NCBI GenBank assembly: GCA_964551725.1
Contig: CAZKED010000021.1
Location: 1 to 22,299 of the forward strand
From: an uncultured archaeon
GTDB taxonomy: Archaea; Iainarchaeota; Iainarchaeia; Iainarchaeales; DTGL01
Length of the DNA stretch: 22,299 nt
Direction: 5' to 3'
The notes beneath the pieces are model-generated. The model ran no database searches. It was not told the DNA's origin and saw only the letters and a list, made by a program, of their open reading frames with translations. Of the stretch, positions 16,021 to 22,299 are shown piece after piece. The translations under genes and the position numbers were made by a program. How positions within the stretch are numbered: position 1 is the first letter of the stretch; each line of letters starts with the position of its first letter.

Positions 16021-16538
16021 TTATTACAATTACGGGTTTGCCGGGCACCAACACGAGGAAAATAAGCAAGTTGCTTGCCCTGCACTTGGGCGTGAGGTAT
16101 ATGGCTGAGGAGGAAATACTCAAAATGCTTGCATTGAGCGAGGGAATTCAGAAGGAAAAGCTGGCTGAAAAAATGTTTGAGGAAAAAACAGCGGAAAAAA
16201 TGAAACAGCTTGTGCTGAAGGAGGCGAAAGGCGATCATGTAATAATCGACTTTTCTCTCGCAACATGGCTTTTGAGCGAGGCAGAATTGAAGGTATTCAT
16301 CCAATCGCCCGAGAAGAGCAGGGCATTGGAGCTCACAAAGGAGAAAAAAATTCCCATGGTTGTTGCAAGAAAGGAACTCGAGGAAAAGGAGGAAGAGGAG
16401 AGAAAGGCTTTTTTGCATTCCCTCGGAATAAATATTTATGACCTTAAATCGTTTGACTTGGTTCTGAATTCAAGCAAGCTGAACGAAGAGGGGCTTGTTG
16501 CTGTGGTGACAAAATACTTGAAGGGAATGAGCGGGTGA
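16017..16538 (+). CDS. cmk: Cytidylate kinase-like protein (archaeal Cmk family, degenerate motifs)
   Basis: MIITITGLPG start, A.LKVFI, GI.I.DL..FDLVLNSS; synteny between eL34 and eL14. Walker A reads GLPGTNTR. Confidence 0.75.
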   Translation: MIITITGLPGTNTRKISKLLALHLGVRYMAEEEILKMLALSEGIQKEKLAEKMFEEKTAEKMKQLVLKEAKGDHVIIDFSLATWLLSEAELKVFIQSPEKSRALELTKEKKIPMVVARKELEEKEEEERKAFLHSLGINIYDLKSFDLVLNSSKLNEEGLVAVVTKYLKGMSG

Positions 16539-16542
16539 AAAA

Positions 16543-16767
16543 ATGGCTGCAATAGAAGTGGGAAGGGTTTGCTACAAAACAACAGGCAGGAAAGCCGCAA
16601 AAAAGGTGGTAATAGCCGGCATTGGAAAGGGAAACATCGTGGAAGTTGTGGGAAACGGAATCAAAAGGCAGAAATGCAACATAAGGCACTTGTTTCCCAC
16701 TGAGAAAAAAATCGAAGTACTCGGCAAAGAAAAGGACGAGGACATTTTAAGAAAATTGAAAGGGTGA
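16543..16767 (+). CDS. rpl14e: 50S ribosomal protein eL14
   Basis: AIEVGRVC.KTTGR.A.KKVVI, KR.KCNIRHL.PT. Confidence 0.93.
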   Translation: MAAIEVGRVCYKTTGRKAAKKVVIAGIGKGNIVEVVGNGIKRQKCNIRHLFPTEKKIEVLGKEKDEDILRKLKG

Positions 16768-16771
16768 ATTA

Positions 16772-17257
16772 ATGGCAAAAGAAGAGGATATGAGGTTCAT
16801 TGTCAGGATTGCCGGAAAGGACTTGGACGGAAAACTTCCCATTCCGCGCGCACTGATGGCGCTGAGGGGGGTAAGCCACAGGTTCGGAAAAATGGCGGCA
16901 AAAAAATTCGAAGAGGAAACCGGGATAAAGTACGATGCAAAACTGGGCACGATAAGCGAGGAGAATGACAAAAAACTCGAGGAGATAATACAGAATCCCG
17001 AAAAGCACGGAATTCCCGAATGGGCGCTGAACAGGAGGAAGGATTTCCGCACGGGAAAAAGCGTCCAGCTTACAATGGGCGATTTGGATTTCGCCCTGAG
17101 GGAAGACCTCAAAAGGCTCAATGAAATAAAGAGCTACCGCGGGCTTAGGCACAGCTGGGGTCTGACCGTGCGCGGACAGAGAGTGAGAAGCACCCACAGG
17201 GGCAAAGGACCTGTTGTGGGAGTGCTCAAAAAGGATGCGAAACAGCAGGCAAAATAA
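16772..17257 (+). CDS. rps13: 30S ribosomal protein uS13
   Basis: IVRIAGKDLDG, IPEW.LNRRKD..TG, RL.EIKSYRGLRH..GL.VRGQR.RST.R. Confidence 0.97.
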   Translation: MAKEEDMRFIVRIAGKDLDGKLPIPRALMALRGVSHRFGKMAAKKFEEETGIKYDAKLGTISEENDKKLEEIIQNPEKHGIPEWALNRRKDFRTGKSVQLTMGDLDFALREDLKRLNEIKSYRGLRHSWGLTVRGQRVRSTHRGKGPVVGVLKKDAKQQAK

Positions 17258-17266
17258 GGTGAGTGA

Positions 17267-18028
17267 ATGGGAGACCCTAAAAGAAAAAGAAAAAAGTTCC
17301 AAAAGCCCAAGAAGATGTGGGACAAGGCGGAAGTGGAAGAAAGGAGAGCGCTCACTGAAAGGTACGGCTTGAAGAACAAAAAGGAGATATGGAGAGCGGA
17401 AACGATTCTCAGGAAGAAAAGGCAGAATGCGAGGAAGCTTCTGGCACTGCCGCTGGAAAAAAGGGTTAGGAGAGAAAAGGAACTGCTCGAAAGCCTGGGC
17501 AAGCTCGGAATAATGCCGAGAAAGCCCACTCTTGACGATGTCTTGGGACTGAATGTGGAAGCATTGCTCGAAAGGAGGCTGCAGACGCTTGCCTGGAGGA
17601 AAGGTCTGGCGAATACTGTAAAGCAGGCAAGGCAGCTGATAGTTCACGGGCACATTGCAATAGACGGCAGGCGGGTTACCGCGCCGGGATACATTGTAAC
17701 AAAGTCACAAGAGCCGCTCGTTGACTATTTCACTCCTGGTTTGGAGCAAAAAGTGAGGCAGTCAAGGAAGAAGCCTGCGAGAAAGCATGCTGCGGGGGAA
17801 AGAAAAGAGGAAAAGTCCGCTGGGGAAAAAGCTGAAAGGAAAGACAAGGAAGGAGAAAAGACGGCTGAAGGCGGGGAGAAAAAAAAGGAGAAACCCCCTG
17901 AGAAAAGAAAAAAAAAGGAAGAGGGAAAGGAAACCGGGGGAGAGGAAAAGTCAGGGAAACCGGCGGGGAAAGAGGATAAAAAGGAAAAAGCCGCCGGGGA
18001 TAAGAAAGTTTCCGGGGAGGCGGGATAA
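17267..18028 (+). CDS. rps4: 30S ribosomal protein uS4 with a Lys/Glu tail of about 90 aa
   Basis: MGDPK..RKK, YGLKNKKEIW, LERRLQT, QARQLIVHGHI, PGYIV. Confidence 0.96.
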   Translation: MGDPKRKRKKFQKPKKMWDKAEVEERRALTERYGLKNKKEIWRAETILRKKRQNARKLLALPLEKRVRREKELLESLGKLGIMPRKPTLDDVLGLNVEALLERRLQTLAWRKGLANTVKQARQLIVHGHIAIDGRRVTAPGYIVTKSQEPLVDYFTPGLEQKVRQSRKKPARKHAAGERKEEKSAGEKAERKDKEGEKTAEGGEKKKEKPPEKRKKKEEGKETGGEEKSGKPAGKEDKKEKAAGDKKVSGEAG

Positions 18029-18423
18029 TGGCAAAAGAAAAGACGCGCGAGGGAATAATTCACATTTACGCATCGCATAACAATACGCTCATGCTTCTGA
18101 CAGACATCACCGGAAGCGAAACAATTGCAAAGTGCACCGGCGGGCAGATGGTCAAGGCAGACCACAAGCAGGGAACCCCTTACACTGCAATGAAAATCGC
18201 GGAGGTAATTGCAGAGAAAGCAAGGGAGAGGAACATCGACAATGTGATAGTGAAGGTGCGCGGACCCGGAGGAAACAAAGCGCTTTCCCCGGGGAAGGGA
18301 AGCGAAGCCGCCATAAGGAGCCTTACAAGGAATGGGATAAGGATTAAGTTCATTGAGAATGTAACGCCTGCGCCGCACGACGGCTGCAGGAGGAAGAAGA
18401 AATTTAGGACTAAAAAGAAGTGA
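18028..18423 (+). CDS. rps11: 30S ribosomal protein uS11
   Basis: HIYAS.NNT, TDITGSET, GG..VKAD, PY.AM, VRGPGG, PG.G, TP.PHDGCR. Confidence 0.96.
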   Translation: MAKEKTREGIIHIYASHNNTLMLLTDITGSETIAKCTGGQMVKADHKQGTPYTAMKIAEVIAEKARERNIDNVIVKVRGPGGNKALSPGKGSEAAIRSLTRNGIRIKFIENVTPAPHDGCRRKKKFRTKKK

Positions 18424-18427
18424 TTGG

Positions 18428-19174
18428 ATGAATGTGAAGAAATTGAAAGCTGACGGAAAAGAACTCAAATTGCTTGTAAAGGGCGCTGATGTAAAATTTA
18501 TGAACGCCCTGAGGCGTGCGGCAATGAGTTCCGTACCTGTGCTGGCAATAGAGGGAGTTTCAATTTACAGGAACAATTCCGTGCTCTTTGACGAATACCT
18601 TGCAAGCAGGCTCGGGCTTGTGCCAATAAAGAGTGATTTGAAATCGCTTAAGCCTGGGGACAAAGTGAAAATGAGCCTTTCAAAGAAAGGCCCTTGCATG
18701 GTTTACAGCGGTGATATTGAGTGCTCTGGCATAAAGACGGATGTGGCGAACAAGGAAATTATAATTGCAAAACTGAAAGCGGGACAGGAAATAAAGGCTG
18801 AAATGGACGCGGTTGTCGGCTTTGGAAAGGAGCACGCCAAATGGCAGCCGGGAATTGTTGCGTACAATGAATTGCCCGAACTTAAAAAGAAGGAAAAACT
18901 GAAGAACACCAAAAAGATTGTGGAATGCTGCCCGAGAAAAGTCTTGGAACTGAAAGCAGGAAAGGTGGTGCTCAAGGACCCTTACGAATGCAATTTGTGC
19001 GGCAGATGCGAAACTGAAAGCGGAAACAGACTCGAGGTTTCAGGGAACGGGAACACATTCATTTTAAGCGTTGAAAGTTTCGGCCAGCTGAAGCCGGCTG
19101 ATATCCTGCTCAAGGCGGTTGAAGCCCTTAAGGAAAAATCGGAGGAGTTTGAAAAAGAATTAAAAAAGCTATGA
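18428..19174 (+). CDS. rpoD: DNA-directed RNA polymerase subunit Rpo3 (RpoD)
   Basis: NALRR...VP.LAI, N.SVLFDE.LA.RLGL.P, G.GKEHAKWQP, Fe-S-type CCP...CNLCGRC, F...VESFGQL. Confidence 0.95.
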   Translation: MNVKKLKADGKELKLLVKGADVKFMNALRRAAMSSVPVLAIEGVSIYRNNSVLFDEYLASRLGLVPIKSDLKSLKPGDKVKMSLSKKGPCMVYSGDIECSGIKTDVANKEIIIAKLKAGQEIKAEMDAVVGFGKEHAKWQPGIVAYNELPELKKKEKLKNTKKIVECCPRKVLELKAGKVVLKDPYECNLCGRCETESGNRLEVSGNGNTFILSVESFGQLKPADILLKAVEALKEKSEEFEKELKKL

Positions 19175-19191
19175 GGGAAGATTAATAACCT

Positions 19192-19298
19192 GCAGGAGTA
19201 CCCAAGCGGCCAAAGGGGCAGGACTTAAGAAACGCTCACGGAGGTTCGAGATATCCTGTGGCTTAGTGCCTTCGGGGGTTCGAATCCTCCCTCCTGCA
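19192..19298 (+). tRNA. tRNA-Leu (anticodon UAA) with a 23-nt intron at position 37/38 (19230-19252); CCA not encoded
   Basis: Acceptor GCAGGAG/CTCCTGC plus discriminator A. D-arm CCC..GGG. Anticodon stem CAGGA/TCCTG with CT-TAA-G|A. Long variable arm. T-loop GTTCGAATC. Confidence 0.92.
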
Positions 19299-19321
19299 AT
19301 GAAGAGAAAAAGAGTGGAAGT

Positions 19322-19687
19322 ATGAAAAGGGAAGAAAAAAAGAAAAAAAGCGTTGCGCTTTTAATCCGCGCCCTGAGAAAAGCGGGAAACGAGCGGAAGG
19401 AAAAATTATGGAAGGATTTAGCGGAAAGGCTGAGCAAGCCGCGGAGGACCCTTGCCTGCGTGAACATTTGGAAAATCAACAGAGCGGCAGCAAAGGCAGG
19501 GGGAAAGCTTTTGCTTGTTCCCGGAAAAGTGCTGGGAAACGGCGAGCTCTCCGGAAAAGTGGAAGTGGCTGCACTCGAGTTCAGCGAAAGCGCTGCCAGA
19601 AAAATAAGGGCAAACGGGAGCGCGCTTTCAGTGCAGCAGCTTCTTGAATCAAAGAGAAAGGCTGCGGAGATAGTTGTTGTGAAATAG
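19322..19687 (+). CDS. rpl18e: 50S ribosomal protein eL18
   Basis: W.DLAERL.KPRR, VN..KINR, VPGKVLG.G, VAAL.FS.SA..KI. Confidence 0.95.
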   Translation: MKREEKKKKSVALLIRALRKAGNERKEKLWKDLAERLSKPRRTLACVNIWKINRAAAKAGGKLLLVPGKVLGNGELSGKVEVAALEFSESAARKIRANGSALSVQQLLESKRKAAEIVVVK

Positions 19688-19697
19688 GTGTTTTTTT

Positions 19698-20117
19698 ATG
19701 GCTTTGATTGATGCAAGCGGGCTGGTTCTCGGGAGAATCGCCAGTGTTGTCGCGGAGAGAGCGCTTAAAAAGGAGAGCGTGGTGATTGTCAATGCCGAGA
19801 AGGCTGTTGTCACGGGCAACAGGAATGCTGTAATTAAAAGGTTTAAGAAAAGGATTGATTTGCGCGCGAAAGGCAATCCTGAAAAAGGACCAAAGTTTCC
19901 GAGGAGAGCGGACATGATCCTGCGCAGGACAATAAGGGGGATGCTGCCTTTCAAGAAGCCGCGCGGAAAGGAAGCGTTCAGGCGCGTGAGCGTTTTTATG
20001 GGAGTCCCAAAAGAGTTCCGGGGGAAGGAAACCGAAACTGTTGAGGAAGCAAAATTTTCTGAAAAGGAAGCGTTTGTGACCCTTTACGAGCTGTCCAAGG
20101 CGCTGGGGGGAAAGTGA
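19698..20117 (+). CDS. rpl13: 50S ribosomal protein uL13
   Basis: IDA...LGR.AS.VA, IVNAEKAV.TG, GPKFPR, RRTIRGMLP.K..RG. Confidence 0.97.
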   Translation: MALIDASGLVLGRIASVVAERALKKESVVIVNAEKAVVTGNRNAVIKRFKKRIDLRAKGNPEKGPKFPRRADMILRRTIRGMLPFKKPRGKEAFRRVSVFMGVPKEFRGKETETVEEAKFSEKEAFVTLYELSKALGGK

Positions 20118-20121
20118 TTTT

Positions 20122-20538
20122 ATGCCGAGGAAAAAGAAGGGCAAGGGAATTGACACAAAGGCAAAGAAGAAAACATGCTCTGCTAGGGCGTCAATAAAGA
20201 AAGGAACGGGAAAAATAAGGATTAACAAGAGAGCGCTTGAAACCTTTGAACCCAAATATCGGAGGGTGTTTATTTCTGAGCCGCTTTCAATTGCCGGCGA
20301 ACTCGCCGAAAAAGTGGACATTTTTGTTAGCGTCAAGGGAGGCGGGTTCATGAGCCAGGCGGTTGCTGCCAGGGGTGCGATTGCAAAAGCGCTCGTGGAT
20401 TACAGCAGGGGCAGGGAATTGAGGGCGAAAATGCTCAAGTACGACAGAATGCTCCTGGTTGACGACTCACGGGTCAAAGAATCCAAAAAGCCCCTTGGAA
20501 GAGGCGCGAGAGGGAAGAAGCAAAAGAGCAAGAGGTGA
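20122..20538 (+). CDS. rps9: 30S ribosomal protein uS9
   Basis: [48 protein letters not shown]. Confidence 0.96.
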   Translation: MPRKKKGKGIDTKAKKKTCSARASIKKGTGKIRINKRALETFEPKYRRVFISEPLSIAGELAEKVDIFVSVKGGGFMSQAVAARGAIAKALVDYSRGRELRAKMLKYDRMLLVDDSRVKESKKPLGRGARGKKQKSKR

Positions 20539-20543
20539 TTTTG

Positions 20544-20738
20544 ATGATTGTTCCAGTAAGGTGTTTCAGCTGCGGCAGGGTTATAGGCGACCTTTACGAG
20601 AAGTTCTTGGGGGAAGTGAAAAAGGGCAGGGACGCAAAGGAAGTTCTGGACGAGCTGGGAGTGAAAAGGTACTGCTGCAGGAGAATGCTTTTGTCGCATG
20701 TTGATTTGGTGGATGAAATACTTAAATACAAGGTGTAA
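20544..20738 (+). CDS. rpoN: DNA-directed RNA polymerase subunit Rpo10 (RpoN)
   Basis: [31 protein letters not shown] 20544 after SD GAGGTGA. Confidence 0.96.
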   Translation: MIVPVRCFSCGRVIGDLYEKFLGEVKKGRDAKEVLDELGVKRYCCRRMLLSHVDLVDEILKYKV

Positions 20739-20741
20739 TGA

Positions 20742-21422
20742 ATGGTTGAAAAGACTCTTGTTCAGGCAAAAATGTATTTGCAGAGCGGCGCGCACATAGG
20801 GGCAAAATTCAAGAGCCACGGGATGAAGAAATATATTTTCAAGAACAGGAAGGACAGGCTCAAGGTGCTGGATGTTGACACAATTGACGAGAGGATAAGA
20901 ATTGCCTCCAAATTTTTGGCTTCTTTTCCGCCTGAAAAAGTGGTTGCTACTTCCGAAAAGGAATACGGGCATAACGCGGTTAGGGCTTTTGCCGAAGCTC
21001 TCGGGGCAAAGGCTTTGACTGGGAGATTTGTGCCGGGGACCTTTACCAATCCGAATACTGATTATTTTATTGAGCCCTCTGTTTTGCTTGTTACCGACCC
21101 TAATGCTGACAGGCAGGCGATAAAAGAGGCGGTGAAAATAAAGATTCCAATCGTTGCACTTTGCAGCACTGACAACAGGACGAACAATATTGATTTGATT
21201 ATTCCAATAAACAATAAGGGGAGGAAGAGCATTGCGCTTGCATTCTGGCTTCTTGCAAGGGAAGCGCTCAGGGAATCCAAGAGAATAAAGAAGGACGAAG
21301 AATTCAAAACGCCCCTGGAAGAATTTGAATTCAAGCTTGAGGAAGTCAGGTCCGCGGCAAGGTTCAAGAAGCCCAAACGCGATGAAAGAAAGTCCAAAAG
21401 GGGGTTTTCGAAAAGGCGCTGA
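20742..21422 (+). CDS. rps2: 30S ribosomal protein uS2
   Basis: YL..G.HIG, GRFVPGTFTNP, VTDP..D.QA..EA, P.NNKGRKS. Confidence 0.97.
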   Translation: MVEKTLVQAKMYLQSGAHIGAKFKSHGMKKYIFKNRKDRLKVLDVDTIDERIRIASKFLASFPPEKVVATSEKEYGHNAVRAFAEALGAKALTGRFVPGTFTNPNTDYFIEPSVLLVTDPNADRQAIKEAVKIKIPIVALCSTDNRTNNIDLIIPINNKGRKSIALAFWLLAREALRESKRIKKDEEFKTPLEEFEFKLEEVRSAARFKKPKRDERKSKRGFSKRR

Positions 21423-21435
21423 CCCCGCGTAATTG

Positions 21436-21456
21436 GAAAGGGCTTTTTAATTTTTT
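21436..21456 (+). promoter_or_regulatory. T-rich intergenic element: possible operon terminator and/or BRE-TATA (GAAAGGG-C-TTTTTAAT) for a leaderless MEMO1 transcript
   Basis: T-runs at 21444-21448 and 21451-21456; ATG 21475 lies about 24 nt after the TATA-like box and has no SD. Confidence 0.4.
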
Positions 21457-21474
21457 CCGGGGCTAATTGTTTTT

Positions 21475-22275
21475 ATGGGGACGAGAATGCCCGCTGTTGC
21501 GGGTCAGTTTTATCCGGGAAAGAGCCGTGCGCTGGAAACTGAAGTCGAGGCTCTTTTTTCAAAAGTTAAGAGGGACAGAAAAGCCAGTGCTGCTATCGTG
21601 CCTCATGCCGGTTATGCGTTCAGCGGGGGAATTGCCGCGCTGGGCTTGAGCAAGCTGAAGAAGTTCAACTCTTTTGTTATAATGGGCCCCAATCATACGG
21701 GGCTTGGTGAAAGAATTTCCGTTTCATCCCACGGGAGGTGGATGACTCCCCTGGGGAGCGTGCCTGTGGACGGAAAAATAGCGAAGGAAATTGCGGAAAA
21801 GAGCAGCGCTGAGCTTGATGAACTCGGACACCTGTCGGAGCATTCTGTCGAGGTTGTCTTGCCGTTGCTGCAGCACCTTTTTGACGGATTTTCAATTGTG
21901 CCTGTTTCCATTATGACAAGCGATTTTGACGAGCTCATTGAACTGGGTAACGCGCTTTACAGTGCCGTGGGAAAATCAGGAGCGGGAATTGTTGCCTCGA
22001 GCGATTTTTCCCATTTCGTGCCTCTCGAGAGCGCAAAAGAAAAGGATTTGAAGGCAATTGACGCCATTAAGAGTCTTGATATCAGGGGATTCCACGAGCT
22101 TGCCACCGGAATCAACGCCAGCATTTGCGGTGTAGGGCCCATAACGGCACTGATGCAGTATTGCAGGAAGGCGGGGCTTAGAAGGGCTAAAATGCTAAAA
22201 TACAGCACTTCCGCGGCTGTTACAGGCGACGAAATGAGCGTTGTGGGCTATGCGAGCATTATTTTCACAAAATAG
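21475..22275 (+). CDS. amrB: MEMO1 family protein (AmmeMemoRadiSam system protein B)
   Basis: R.PAVAGQFYP, PHAGY.FSG, GPNHTG, TPLG, EHS.EV.LP.LQ, ASSDFSH, CG.GP, VVGYAS. Confidence 0.92.
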   Translation: MGTRMPAVAGQFYPGKSRALETEVEALFSKVKRDRKASAAIVPHAGYAFSGGIAALGLSKLKKFNSFVIMGPNHTGLGERISVSSHGRWMTPLGSVPVDGKIAKEIAEKSSAELDELGHLSEHSVEVVLPLLQHLFDGFSIVPVSIMTSDFDELIELGNALYSAVGKSGAGIVASSDFSHFVPLESAKEKDLKAIDAIKSLDIRGFHELATGINASICGVGPITALMQYCRKAGLRRAKMLKYSTSAAVTGDEMSVVGYASIIFTK

Positions 22276-22292
22276 GGAAAAAACCCCTTTTT
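22274..22292 (+). terminator. Putative terminator (short AGGG/CCCT hairpin followed by a T-run)
   Basis: AGGG-AAAAAAC-CCCT-TTTT immediately at and after the MEMO1 stop. Confidence 0.4.
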
Positions 22293-22299
22293 CGGCACA

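Noticed and set aside
6258-20538. Possible codon reassignment suggested by Cys at unusual positions (uL29 NPCK, uL5 RICA, eL18 ACVN, uS9 KTCS)
   Set aside because: The expected residues differ from site to site, TGC/TGT also encode the conserved Zn-ligand Cys, and TGA/TAA/TAG all end genes at the expected places. The standard code (table 11) fits.
1-22299. CRISPR array, transposase, integrase or rRNA genes
   Set aside because: I saw no regularly spaced repeats, recombinase motifs or rRNA-length non-coding tracts. The 3' end of the tRNA-Leu does not appear duplicated in the window (no att site seen).

Overview
This is an archaeal window. Almost all of it (about 1602-21422) is a single + strand, tightly coupled ribosomal-protein superoperon. 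The order is uL3-uL4-uL23-uL2-uS19-uL22-uS3-uL29-aIF1-Rpp29-uS17-uL14-uL24-eS4-uL5-uS14-uS8-uL6-eL32-eL19-uL18-uS5-uL30-uL15-SecY-DUF106-eL34-Cmk-like-eL14-uS13-uS4-uS11-Rpo3(D)-tRNA-Leu(UAA, with intron)-eL18-uL13-uS9-Rpo10(N)-uS2, followed by a MEMO1/AmrB gene. A predicted membrane-anchored surface protein (181-1401) precedes the operon and is flanked by two structured non-coding segments. The compaction, divergent proteins and long Lys/Glu tails suggest a DPANN-type archaeon (inference only). The most notable observations are: (i) an identical 21-aa peptide, differing only at 5 synonymous positions, shared between the uS3 C-terminal tail and the eL32 N-terminal extension, with further shared modules in the uS4, uL24 and uL15 tails; (ii) a structured element at 1439-1531 that reads either as a switchable leader (+) or as an H/ACA-like K-loop hairpin (-); (iii) an AUG immediately after the tRNA-Leu discriminator that opens an 8-codon uORF coupled to eL18; (iv) a Cmk homologue with degenerate catalytic motifs. 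All protein calls come from recognising motifs by eye; no database searches were run.
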